A stretch of 64,000 nt of DNA from Vermamoeba vermiformis. Its lineage: Eukaryota. The notes under the pieces were generated by a model. The model saw only the letters and a list, made by a program, of their open reading frames with translations, had not been told where the DNA came from and ran no database searches. Positions 1 to 11,974 of this stretch are shown in pieces. The stretch spans positions 124,001 through 188,000 of the forward strand of contig JBEWZL010000175.1 of the NCBI GenBank assembly GCA_045837725.1, written 5' to 3'. Position numbers and translations under genes: made by a program. The first letter of the stretch is position 1; each line of letters begins with the position of its first letter.

Positions 1-530
1 ACACCAACTTTGTATCCGCAATGTCAAGTTTAACGCGTTTAGAACTCTCACACAGTTCGGCAAAAATATCACATCTACCACACTTGGAGCATTTGGTATT
101 ACACCTTCAGTCTACTTGCAGATACACTGGTTTTGTGGACTTGCCAAAGCTAACTCATCTGGAGCTGTATCAAACCAACCGACAAGACGCTTTTGATTTC
201 TCTTTCGTGTCTCAATTCACCACGCTTAAACACGCTCATTTGCAGCTTGACTTCCCATTCTCCTATCAGCAACTTTCAACGCTGACGTCACTAGAATTCT
301 TGTACCTTGTGTTTAGTGGATCCGACTTCGAACATTTATCACCAATGACGAGATTGACCTCACTAACTGCCCGCGGAGTTATATCAGAGACTATGCTACA
401 GTTGCCTACGTCGTTACAAGTGCTGAAAATGGAGCTACCACAAACGGATATAGGAGCTTCGCTTGTTGAAGCTGCCGTAGCGCGATTACCAAACTTATAC
501 GAATACTTTTTTGAGGCTGCTTCTCATTAA
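1..530 (+). CDS. 3' end of an F-box/LRR-family protein (5' part outside window)
   Basis: ORF 21..530 has LxxLxxLxL repeats and the family C-terminus 'LPTSLQVL...ARLPNLYEY', shared with the paralogues at 750, 2903, 4273 and 31317. Confidence 0.8.
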   Translation, partial: TNFVSAMSSLTRLELSHSSAKISHLPHLEHLVLHLQSTCRYTGFVDLPKLTHLELYQTNRQDAFDFSFVSQFTTLKHAHLQLDFPFSYQQLSTLTSLEFLYLVFSGSDFEHLSPMTRLTSLTARGVISETMLQLPTSLQVLKMELPQTDIGASLVEAAVARLPNLYEYFFEAASH

Positions 531-749
531 AAATGTTTCCTTTTATAACTTATAACCAAGCAAGCTTTGTTCCGTACTCTTTCTCACTTTTATCTACGAC
601 CACGCAAAGCCAAAAAAGATTTGATCGATTCTTTTGGATGAGGTCATTAAAATCGCCCAGCGTTGTCCATCATCAAAGAGACCTACGTTTAGATTGCGCC
701 GTTCAAGACAGTCAAATTTCAAGCTAGTTTCCGCAGTACGGTTGACTAC

Positions 750-2650
750 ATGGTCCGTATAAGTCAGATTTGTTTCACTACATCTCCAAATCTAAGCGTA
801 AATTCTTCTAAAAATTACAAAACAATAAATCTATCGTAGCTCTTTATTTAATAACTTTCTAATACAGGATCAGTTGCCAAAAGAAATTAAAAAAATTATT
901 TTGATGAAATGTGACGATAAAACGAGAAGAGTAGCCCGACTTGCGTGTACAGAATGGTTCAAATTTATAGATTACCATGATTATACAATGTATTTAACGA
1001 AAAAGTCGGATTGGCCTCAGATCGTAGATCGTTTATGTTCATACAGCAAACCGATGAGTCTTCGATTACGCAAAAACATAATCCGAATAGAAGATATCAA
1101 TGAGCATATATTCCGATTAACTAACCTCACGGCACTAGAGATTGACTGCGTTGCCGAAGAAAGCAGGATCGAATTGCTCAAACTTACGGTGCTTTCCCAG
1201 CTACAATCTATTGCATTCACACGAATGCTTTCTGCCAATGAATCTCTTGCTTAATTTGCCAAATCTCAAGGTGTTCAATGGACCTTACGGAAGAAAAGTC
1301 GTCAGCGATGAAATACTAGCACGAAGCATTCAACGATTAACGAATTTGGAACGCTGCACAATCCAACAATACGATGATTTTGATATTAACTTATTTGAGC
1401 GCTATCAGACCACCTTAACATCTCTTTGTATTTACGCGCCGGGCCTCAACAAAGTTACGGCAGAGAGTTGGTTCGCAAATTTAGGCGGTCTTAAACAACT
1501 TGATTTGGGCGTTGAAGATGAAGAAGATGATAATATCTACGAGCGGATGTCGCTTCGATCGCTTACACTGCTTGAAAGTCTCGTTCTCAGCGGACTGCAG
1601 TTTCACGAACTGAACAGCAAGCACGTGACACATCTTGAATTGATCAATGCTGACGAACAGGCGATAGCAGATGAAATAGATGATTTGATCAATGTCAAGC
1701 AACTTTCATTAAATATGCCTGTCGAAGATTACGAGAACGAATTGGATCTGCAACATTCGTACCAATGGTTGACAGCTATGACAGCTCTTGAATATCTCAA
1801 TATCGAGCCTATTCAGTATAACGCATTATCGTACATCACATCAACAAATTTGACGTGCTTAAATGCTGTAATTGCCGGAAAAACTACTGCCGATCTGGAA
1901 CACTTAACGAAGTTCAATTCGTTAACAGAATTTTCACTAGAGAGTAATCAATTTGCAAACACAGCAGTACTATCGACGTTAACACAACTTAATTCATTGT
2001 CAATTATGTCACACGAAGAAACTGACACGAATTTCATATCCGTGCTGTCAAATCTCACCTTCCTGAGCGTTCAAGCCAAAGCAGCGAACATTTCACATTT
2101 GCCAAACTTGGAGCATTTGAAATTGGTTTTCAACGCCGCTAGCGAATACACTGGCTTCGTAGATCTGCCAAAATTAACGCAACTGAAAGTGTCTCACGGA
2201 TGGGACTGCCTTGCCGGCACCGACTACTCGTTCATAACGCTTCCAACATCGTTGAAATACCTTAGTATATCATACTTTGACCCTCACGAAGAACTCAGCT
2301 GCCAGCTATTTTCAGCACTCACGTCTTTGGAGTACCTTGGCTTTCCCCGACTGAAGGAACCAGACTACGAGTACTTGGCTCCAATGACAAATTTAACGGC
2401 ACTGATAATTGGCCGCGGATCAGCCTCGACGCAACTTCTCTTGTTACCAACTTCATTGCAAGTGTTGGAGATTGGCCTTGGATCGGACATTAATGAAGTA
2501 GGTAGCTCCAGCTGTTCAGAATCGAGCTCTGATGACGAAGGGGAAGGACTGTGGCGCGTTCCTAAAGAAGAAGATGACACCGCGAATAGTCCAAGATTCA
2601 TCGAGCGAGTGACCGCACGACTGCCGAACCTGTATAAATGCTCATTCTAA
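750..2650 (+). CDS. F-box + leucine-rich-repeat protein (one apparent frameshift near 1220)
   Basis: ATG-only exon at 750-752, GT-AG intron 753-867, then DQLPKEIKKIILMKCDDKTRRVARLACTEW (F-box). ORFs 874..1254 and 1142..2650 overlap and together are colinear with the intact paralogue 4273..6170. Confidence 0.8.
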
Positions 2651-2902
2651 CTGACATTGAAATGTTTGTAATATTTTTGTTATCGAAAGGGATATTAGTA
2701 AAGCCCTAACGATGCGCAAGATCGTTTATAAAATGATTTAGTTTGAAACTAATGACACGTTTTTAATTTTATTATCGAGGGGACAAGCAAGTCCCACATT
2801 ATTGGGCATAGTTATTGAACCTTGAAAGCACCTCAACAATAGAAGTTTAGAGATATTCTCAATTCAATAAGACGTCAAACAAATTTAGGTCCGGCATTGG
2901 AA

Positions 2903-4020
2903 ATGGTGCGTTGATCAGATAGATCTTTTCTGTTTTATAACAATCGTTTATTTATTATGAGTAATTTTTCATAGATAATATCGATAACTCAACGCTCTCA
3001 ACAGGATCAGTACCAAGAAATAAAAAAATAGAGAAGCGACGAAAAACGAGAGAAAACCGACGAGAAGATCAATATAGAATCATAAATTAAATTTGACCAT
3101 ACCGACGGCCGCAGATCCATCGACGCGCAACACAACCAATGGCTCACGCAAGAAAGAAGACACAATAGCAAGACGCAACCCACTGACGTAGAAAAGACGC
3201 ATCCCCCAAAGGCCGAACAGACCACGAAGAAGCGTTCAATTTTCTAAGCGAGAATGGTGAAGAACCAATACGGCAGAAGCACCGCGACGCGGGACGAAGA
3301 ACAGCACGGAGACGTAAAGAAAGAGAGAGGAGACCATCACCCAATGCCACCCGGAACACCTCGTTAGGGAGAGACAGGCGAACCCCCAGAGCAGGACACA
3401 AGGGCACGAGACACCGAGCCACCGAGCCGACAGCACAAAGATCCCACATCAAGACGACACAACACACAGAACACGGCAAAGCCAGATGAAGACAATCTCG
3501 CACATTATTACCCGTTTCAAGTTTGACCAATCTTACGAAGCTACAGTTATTGCATTCAACTGTAGAAACGATTCACTTGCCCAACTTGAATCGTTTGGAT
3601 ATCACCAATTTCGAATACGTAGGCGCAGACATGACAAAATTAACGTTTCTGGTCGTCAATCAAGGTTTAGAAGCTTGCAATCCCGCCTCGGTGACGCGTC
3701 TCACATCCTTGAAGCACCTTCAAATTACTGCCAGGCATAACATTCCATGTCAATTATTTTCAACGCTGACAGCACTGGAGTACCTCTCTTTTCATGAAAC
3801 GAAAGACGGAGATTATGGGCACTTGTCAGCGCTTACCAACTTGACGCAGCTTATCACTAGCGGAGCTGCGTCATCCCAATTGTTACGATTGCCTACTTCA
3901 TTGCAGGCTCTTCGCTTTGATGCGGAGAATCAGGCCATTGACCACGTGGATCAAGCAAGCATCGTGGCAAGATTGCCTAATTTGTATACCTGCATGATTG
4001 ATATACCTTCTCGATTCTAA
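2903..4020 (+). pseudogene. F-box/LRR paralogue whose 5' half is corrupted by T loss (pseudogene or consensus error)
   Basis: ATG|gtgcgt at 2903 and acceptor at 3004 followed by GATCAG, as in the 750 copy. 3005-3500 is T-depleted but colinear with the paralogue. The intact LRR tail is ORF 3523..4020, ending 'LPTSLQAL...ARLPNLYTC'. Confidence 0.65.
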
Positions 4021-4272
4021 TGCACTTATAGTACGGCAATGAATTACGAACTGTTGCTTGGGATTTCATATTTTGTCCCGATTGTGATACAATTCACAAG
4101 CCGACTTTTGGCCACGTAAAACCCATTTATCAAACCATTGGTAGCTTATCTTTCCGCTCGTCGACCAGAACGTCAAATTAGTGCGAAAAAACTATTAAAA
4201 TAACACGGAACAACCAAATACCAAAGCTACTGTAAGTCTCATTCCCAGGGTAGCTTAGATCAAGCAAGGAAA

Positions 4273-6170
4273 ATGGTACGTTGCTGCGAAACCATCAATT
4301 ACTAATTCAAAAAATCTCAATTGTATTGTAAATAATAATAACGATTATTTGCATTTCTTAATCGCCGTAATATATTTGAACTAGCTAACGCTTCTTTCAG
4401 GAACAAGTGCCCCCAGAAATTCAAAAAATAATTCTAAATTATTTCGATGACAAAACAAGAAGAATAGCCCGATTATCCTGCAAAAAATGGCTCAACAGCA
4501 TCGATTATAGAGATTTTACTATTTATTTGACCAAAAAATCAGAATGGCCTCAGATCGTGGACCGGCTCACTTCTTACTCCAAACCAATTAGTCTCCACTT
4601 CCGTAAGAATATCATGAATAAGTTAGAAGATATAAACGAGCATTTACTTCGATTGACAACTTTGACGGATTTGACATTTGACGATCTGGACAAAAATGAA
4701 GTTGGTCTCGAAGCTGAATGGTTCAAACTGACAGCATTGCCCAACCTTCACTCTGTTTCAGTCAAGAACTATGAGTATCACATACCATTAGAGGCCTTAC
4801 TGAGCATGCCGAACCTCACAACGTTCGAGCAGCCATGGCAATCGGAGGATACTGATAACATGCAACTTCTGCGTTCAATGCAACAATGGACAAATCTGCA
4901 AAGCTGCTCAATATTACAAGATAACGAGCTGGACGTAGATCTGTTTGGCAGTTATAATACAACGTTGACGTATCTTTCAGTATACGTTCCGAGCGTCGAT
5001 GAAAAGTTGTTCAGGAACTTGGGCAACCTCAAGGAGGTTTCTATCACGTCGTCGGATGTCGAACAACAGTTCTCACTGAAGACATTTACAGCGATTGAAA
5101 GACTCAACCTCATTGAAATCCAGCTCCACGAATTGACAAGCGCACGATTAACGTTCTTAGAGTTGTATAACGCAACAGAAAGTTACCTTGAGAAAGAACA
5201 GCACAATTTAACAAGCCTCAAACAACTGGTCTTTGACTTGCATCAAGATGATGAATACGGCAATCAAGACGAGAACGAAGATGAAGAGGACGATCGAGAT
5301 ACGCAACGTTACTCTTATCAATGGTTCACAACACTGACAGCGCTCGAATTTCTAAATGTAGATCCGATGGAAAACTACGGACTATTGTTCATCTCAACCA
5401 CTCTAACTAGCCTACAGATCGCCGTGAATAGACCAGTAGATCTCGATCACGTGTCAAGATTTGTTTCACTGAAACAATTCTTTCTAAGAAGCAAAGATGA
5501 ATGTTTGCAAGATCTGTCAACATTGTCAGTACTGACTAAATTGGAGAGCTTACAAATCGACGTCAGAACAGGACACGCTAGCGAGGCCAACTTCCTGTCA
5601 TCAATGACAAATCTGACCTGGCTATATCTTTCTCGTTACTCACCTGGCGAAATCTCTAATTTGCCAAACTTGGCCCAACTCACTTTGTGTTTTTCAACGG
5701 CCTGTCAATTCACCGGATTTGAAGCGCTACCAAAGTTGACCGAGATAGAAATTGGTATCAATTGGGAAGTCGATGACGATATTGACTTCGATTATACATT
5801 TGTCTCAAATCTGCCGACCTTGCGATCGTTGATTTTTCACCCAATAGGCAAACAGTACGATTGCCGATACTTTTCAACACTGACCGACCTACAACGGCTT
5901 CAAATAGATCAAGTGACATCTGAAGACGATTACTGCCATCTGTCGACCTTGACGAAGCTGACAGAACTAAAAATATTGCACGGACCTTGTTCAGTGAAAA
6001 TACTCAACTTGCCCACGTCGTTGCAAAAGCTCAACGTGGGTATGTCCCAAGCAAGCGAGTTATTCCTGCCTGCAGAGCCCAGCGATAATGTTGATACGTC
6101 AAGTATCACCCCGCAACTGGTAGCAAGACTTCCAAATTTGTACAAGTACTCTTTTGAATACTTACAGTAA
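4273..6170 (+). CDS. F-box + leucine-rich-repeat protein (intact)
   Basis: ATG exon 4273-4275, intron 4276-4400, then one open exon: EQVPPEIQKIILNYFDDKTRRIARLSCKKW (F-box) followed by many LRRs. Confidence 0.88.
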
Positions 6171-6434
6171 ATAAATGATTCCTTTGCTTCGTTACCTCTA
6201 AGACCGTTGAAAAATCTTTGACTTTTACTAACTATAGTTTATTTACGAAATAAATAATCGCTAACATGAGAATTATAGACAACGGAATAGATCGGCTAAG
6301 CCGGTCCTATTGTTACAATTTCAAATCGTTCAAAAAATCTAATAAATTAAATATAATATAAATAAGGAAGGGTTGAGTACCAAAGACATCTTTGAAGCCA
6401 AAATCAGATCTCTTTGAAGGTTCGATCTACGATC

Positions 6435-8690
6435 TTATTTCTTCTTCTTGCCTCCAGCCTTTTCAGCCTTAGCCTTGGCCTTCTCTTCGGCCTTTCGCTT
6501 CTTCTCGGCCTCCTTTTCAGCCTTCTTCCTTTCCTTCTCTTCCTTCTCCTTTTGTTTCTTCTCTTCCTTGGCCTTCTTAGCAGCTAATTTAGCCTCTTCT
6601 TTAGCCTTCTTGGCAGCTTCCTTATCGCCCTTAGCGGGTTTCTCGGCAGGCTTCTCAGCGGGCTTCTCGGCAGGCTTTTCAACAGGCTTCTCGGGCTTCT
6701 TCTCAGCGGCGCTGTCCTCAGAGCTCGAAGAAGAGCTTGAAGAAGAGCTGGCGCTGCTGTTAGACTTGGTGCCACTCTTTTGTTGGTCCTTGTGTTCAGT
6801 GGTAGTGGCAGCAACGTTGTTGTTGGCGGTCACGGCAGGCTTGGCACCGCTGTCGGACTCAGAAGAAGAGCTGGAGCTCGAGGACGAGTTGGATCTGCTG
6901 TGAGAGGTTTGGGTGGGTTGAGCAGGAGTGGGTTGAACAGCAACGGGCTTCTCAACGGCTTTAGGGCTTCTCAACGGGCTTGGCCTCCTCGCTCTCGCTG
7001 GTGGAGGATGAGCTGGAAGAAGATGAGTCAGAGCCGGAGTGAGTGGCCTTGGGTTCAATGTGAGGAGCCTCAATGTGAACAGCAACAGGAGTGGGCTCGT
7101 GGTGAACTTCAACGGGCTTGACTTCCTCGTGGTGCTCAACAGCCTTGGGTTGCTCGACGGCAACAGGAGCGGGCTCAGGAGCATCGCTAGCGCTGGAGCT
7201 GCTGGAAGTAGAGGATGAAGAAGCAGAGCGGTCACGAGCGGGTTGTTCAGTGTGAGGAGCTTCGACGTGGACAGCGACAGGGGTAGGCTCGTGGTGAACT
7301 TCGACGGGCTTGACCTCTTCGTGGTGCTCAACAGCCTTGGGTTGCTCGGCAACAGGGGCGGGCTCAGGAGCATCGCTAGCGCTGGAGCTGCTAGAGCTGG
7401 AAGATGAAGAAGCAGAGCGGTCACGGGTCTCTACGTGAGCAGGAGTCTCAACGTGAACAGCGACAGGGGTGGGCTCGGGGTGAACTTCGACGGGCTTGAC
7501 TTCCTCGTGGTGTTCGACGGCCTTAGGTTCTTCATGGTGAGCCTCAACGTGAACGGGCTCAACAGGCTTGGGTTCTTCGTGGTGAGCCTCAGGCTTGTGT
7601 TCGTCGTGCTTAGCAGAGGACGAGGAAGATGAGGATGACGAAGAGGAAGAAGATGAGGACGAGGAGCTGCGAGAGTGCTTGCCGTTGCCGTGGCCGTTGC
7701 CATTGTGTTCGGCTTCAGCGTGCTTGCGAGCGTTCTCTTCCTCTTCAGCCTTCTTGCGGGCCTTGGCTTCCTCTTCTTCGCGGAGCTTCTTTTGGTAGTC
7801 AGCAATGCGCTTTTCTTGAGCTTCCTTGTCAGAGGCTTCGAAAGCGGCTCTTTCTTCAGGGGACATTTGCTAAGAGTAATTGTTAGTACCAAACAAAATA
7901 AAGTACGAGCAAAAGCGCATCTCGAAATTTAAAAAAAAGGTAGCTCGGTTACCTTAACAGCAGCAGCGCCTTCTTCTTCAGCCTTAAGCTTTTCGAAGAG
8001 AGAAACACTCAAACCCTTGGTCATAGGGGCCTTAATATCGATCAATTAGCACGAGCGGAACGGATCGCAAGAAAGTAATCTAATTTATCAAAATAGTCAA
8101 TTAATTACCTTAGCGTTTCCACCAGTTGATTCGGCGCGAGGAACGTTAGCAGCAGCAGGTTGACCGACTGAGGCAGAAGGACCACGAGGGCTGGGCTTAA
8201 CATCACCAGCGTTGGTCTTCAACAAGTTTTGACCGGTAGCCAAGGGAGTTACGGCAGGCTTGTGAACCTTGCTATAAAATTCAAATCAAAATTAGTGGCG
8301 GTACTAGCGATTTTCAAAAAAAACGGATCAATCCGGCATCCAACGCTATTTAAAATAATATTCTCGTTATTTTATTTACGACTTACCAGTAGTATTTCTC
8401 GCCAAAAGCAACAAAGTTAGTCTTGTTCAAAGTAACCTTGCAAGTTTCGCACTTGAAGCAACTGAGAAAAGAATAGTTAGGTACTTCATCCCGACACCTG
8501 TCATATCTATCTGTCTTAAACTTACGCCTTGTGGAAGCTCTTGTTATCAATAGGGAGCTTTTCGGTAGCCTATAATAAAAAGCGCGGGTAAGTAACCAGA
8601 TCCAGAAGATTCGACCGAGTTCTCAATCCGTACATAAACCGTCTTATTGCAAATAGGGCACTTTTCTCCTCCTCCTAACTTAGTGGCCAT
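6435..8690 (-). CDS. LIM-domain protein with coiled coil and long repetitive, charged, Ser-rich tail (probably cytoskeletal)
   Basis: Spliced N-terminus MATKLGGGEKCPICNKTVYATEKLPIDNKSFHKACFKCETCKVTLNKTNFVAFGEKYYCKVH fits the LIM zinc-binding pattern. It joins ORFs 6961..7866 and 6435..7424 with a 1-bp indel near 6963. Strong codon bias suggests high expression. A 5'-UTR intron spans about 8691-9185. Confidence 0.85.
7000..7560 (-). repeat. Three imperfect ~60-codon tandem repeats inside the LIM gene
   Basis: The unit PKAVEHHEEVKPVEVH(H)EPTPVAVHVEAPH...(S)n occurs three times in ORF 6961..7866. Confidence 0.85.
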
Positions 8691-9821
8691 CTAGGAAAAT
8701 AATATTAGTATTTAATTCAAGTTCAGAAGATTTTGTGTGGAAAGAATCTAGCCGTTGTAAGTTCATTATTAATTTGGGCGCGTATCAATATGTAAAAATC
8801 CACAATGCAAGCAATATTTGTGGATAAAATGGGTTGATTTAATGAGTCAATTTGTACAGCCGATCAGGTCAATCGTTGCCGAAATTCGATTGATCGGGAT
8901 GCAAGAAACAGATTCTGAAATGTTTAACTGGGCAAAAAAATACCCAAAACAGTATGGCTACACGAGAGGTTACACTCGACGCCACCCTTCTTTAAGAATT
9001 ACAGCAATTCGAGCATGATCTACGTGCCGAGTATAACTCGTTTTTGCAAGAGTATCGCCCATAATTTAAAGAATTAACGTGGAAATATATTTATATGTAA
9101 TTATTGATGCGCCATGGTAATTGAGAAAATTATTTAAACGGCAGGAGTTCCACAAGTCCCGAGAGGTTGAAGGTCATCTACTTACCTTTGTTTAGTCACA
9201 ATACTCTAGGTTGAAAAACCTTCTTAGGTGTGTTATACAGAGCTAAAAAAATGTTGAAGTAACGCGACGACGAAAATCTTTGAATCAAGCCAACCGTTTT
9301 CCCAGGGCATTGAATTGTTAGCGAAAAAATTGAATTGGATCGGCCGCAATCTTGTACACAATTTAATAGGGTTGGCTAGGGTAGGGTGCGTGTTTAATAT
9401 ATTTTAAGTTTTGCTGGTCCTTGTGCCAATCGCCGTATCTCATCTTCGGCGGTTTTTTGGAAATCCGTTAACAAAATTCTTAATTACTTCAGTAAATGTT
9501 CTTTAGCATGATGAAACTTCACTAAGGATAAGTGGAGCTCGATTGGTGGGACTATAATTTATAATTTTGGAAGATACTCTGTCCAGATCAGAAAAATTAG
9601 CAAAGAAGTGGAACAGTCATTCAATTTGGCGAGCGCTAATGCAGAACTATGATAATTCTTTTGTGCTAAGATATTTTACTTGCAACGCGGGTTTGCTCTT
9701 GTCCTGTTTTGGATCAAGCTTCCTAAAAAGTAACGGTCATTTTTAGTCGCAGATTTGCGAACCAACAAACAAGCAATCACAACCATTCCAAGTTTTGAAA
9801 GGTAATATATTCGGTTGCAAA

Positions 9822-10867
9822 ATGTTGAGGCGAGCTACAACGCTGCTAAAGAAGGAGCATCTGTGGATTTTCAACAAGCCATGCAAGCAACACTTCAACC
9901 AGCTATTGACGGGCCATCCCGAAGAAAATAAATGGAAGCCAGTTCATAGGCTAGATCACGAGACCTCTGGGGCAATTTGTTATGCACGAGAAGAGGTTGC
10001 CGATCAGTTTACAAAGCTATTCAAAGAGCGAGGCGTAAGAAAATTATATATCGCTGGCGCATCTAAAAAAATAATAGGTACCTATTTTATCCAATTTTTT
10101 ACATTTTCTGAAAGACAGCTCGAGCTGATTTTATTATGCGATTGAGGCACGTGTCTCTATTGAGCCAGTTAATGGTTTTTCACTTTAAAGACTTTTCTTT
10201 GAGCAAGTTATTATGATTGGGAAACAATTTTGTAGGATTTAAGTTAATTTGCGCGGGGCCTCGGGTTTTCTTGCACGATCGGATCACCATCTTCTCGTAT
10301 GATTTTATTAATTTATTGTAATTACAGATACTTCTCTCCAGTCAAATAATGATCGCGGCGTGACTGTGAATGGATTCATTGCTAGCAAGTATCGCCACTC
10401 GGCTAAGGTGAAGTTCTTACTGACTCCAAATGAATGGTATCGAACAAACAGCCACGTGCAACACGTTGTCTACGCTCTTCGCAATAACTCGTAAGTAGTA
10501 CTAAGCACGACACTCTTTCATATGAAAAATACATATCAAGTGATTATTGGTATGAGCACGGAAGCTGACGTCTAATTTTGGATTTAGGTTGCGCGGTGTT
10601 GATCCGCATCTCAGCGAGGAAGTACTTCAGGACATTAGTAACAATTTCAATGGGCATCCTTACTTGGTTCATCTTATTACCGGCGCCCGACATCAGATTC
10701 GCGCGTATTTCAAGTTCGTTGGCGCCCCGCTGGTTGGCGATCCGATCTATGGTACCGCTGACGAGTTACATCGATTGGAGTTACATTCTTGGAAGATAGA
10801 AATGAAAGACCCAATCGATGGAGCTCTAGTTACTGCTATTGCCCCGATAGAAAAGCAAATTAAGTAA
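9822..10867 (+). CDS. RluA-family RNA pseudouridine synthase (possibly organellar)
   Basis: Motifs NKP, HRLDHETSG (catalytic Asp), LITGARHQIR, PLVGDPIYG and LHS across three exons. The short basic N-terminus is MLRRATTLL. Confidence 0.9.
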
Positions 10868-11283
10868 TACCGCGGAATAACTAGGACGCTTGATTACGGT
10901 AATTTCATATATTATTAATACTCTGATTCGTTATACTGAATATTATTATTATATTTGGCTTACAGAGCGATTGCTAATGGATCTGATTTTGCCGCAGATA
11001 ATGAACGAGGGTTTAGGCAGAGCCTGCCCTGTCCTCAGTCAGGATTCAAGCCTATTATTGACAACTGTAAACAAGGTACTTATTGAGGTCTAATATGAAT
11101 TCACGGGAGATTCAAGCTCGGTAAAATTATCTAATTTCAGATCTCTTGTCAACAAATTGACGTATTCGCCTCGGCGGTTCGAATTCAAGAGCTTAATTCG
11201 AGTTAATTAATTTTTTCATTGATTAGAAAGACACGAGGCAAAGGTTCGATAAGAAATATTGTTTTGCTTAACCCGCGAGCCCC

Positions 11284-11609
11284 ATGAGCCACGAAAAGAC
11301 ACCGTGAGTATCCACAGTTATGCTCTTTGTCGATAATATCTTAATCTTGAATTTTTAGAAGCGATGGGCCTTTAAGTTCCCGTACTGATGATACAGACTC
11401 AGCTGCACAAGAAACTACGGAGAACGAAGATCAGATCACCGATATTGTAAAGCCTGAAGTCAAAGCAATGGAAAACATAACAAGAAATAATTTTCCAACT
11501 GGTATGTAACACAGATATCTTAAATTATTTCGAATTTACTGAAATAGGTTTAGATCCTCCAGTTTTGGTACCTCCATCTGACAGATGCAGTGATGCTGCC
11601 CGCAAATAA
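11284..11609 (+). CDS. Small three-exon hypothetical protein (~72 aa), not in the ORF track
   Basis: Exons 11284-11303, 11359-11501 and 11548/11554-11609 with canonical GT-AG introns splice in frame to MSHEKTPSDGPLSSRTDD...PPVLVPPSDRCSDAARK*. Confidence 0.55.
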
Positions 11610-11974
11610 GAAAAAACGTTTTTTCTTTAGTGATTTTATTTGGTTATTAAACAATAAATGGAGCGTCCCTGGTTTTTTTTCATCGCCGGTTCTGATCGGG
11701 CGTTATCGTGGTGTTTAACAACCAGACTTAAGTATCGCGTCATATTGACAAATTGAGTCTTAAAAATATAGTATAAACGATCGGTGGGATGAATTTGCCA
11801 TTGAAGTGGAAATTCACGATTGGCAGAAGTTTCGCTAACATTTGTGACCGCGATCTGAGAAGTTGAACATTGGTCCTAAAGAACTTACGACTGACAACAT
11901 GTAAAGAATGAGCCTACGTTGGACAAGAACTCGTTTACTAATGATTCCGTATTTTAGTCAGCGAAAGGGACCAG

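Noticed and set aside
3007-3530. Cys/Leu/Val-rich minus-strand ORFs (3007..3225, 3144..3530, 3236..3436)
   Set aside because: By-products of + strand T loss: few A on the minus strand means few stop codons.
6448-7932. Multiple overlapping antisense and alternative-frame ORFs over the LIM gene
   Set aside because: Shadow ORFs caused by biased codon usage and low-complexity repeats.
9367-9390. AGGGTTGGCTAGGGTAGGG as a telomeric or G-quadruplex element
   Set aside because: Too short and irregular, with only three GGG runs and no tandem array.
11170-11195. GGTTCGAATTC resembling a tRNA T-loop/B-box
   Set aside because: No acceptor stem, D-arm or anticodon arm could be folded around it.
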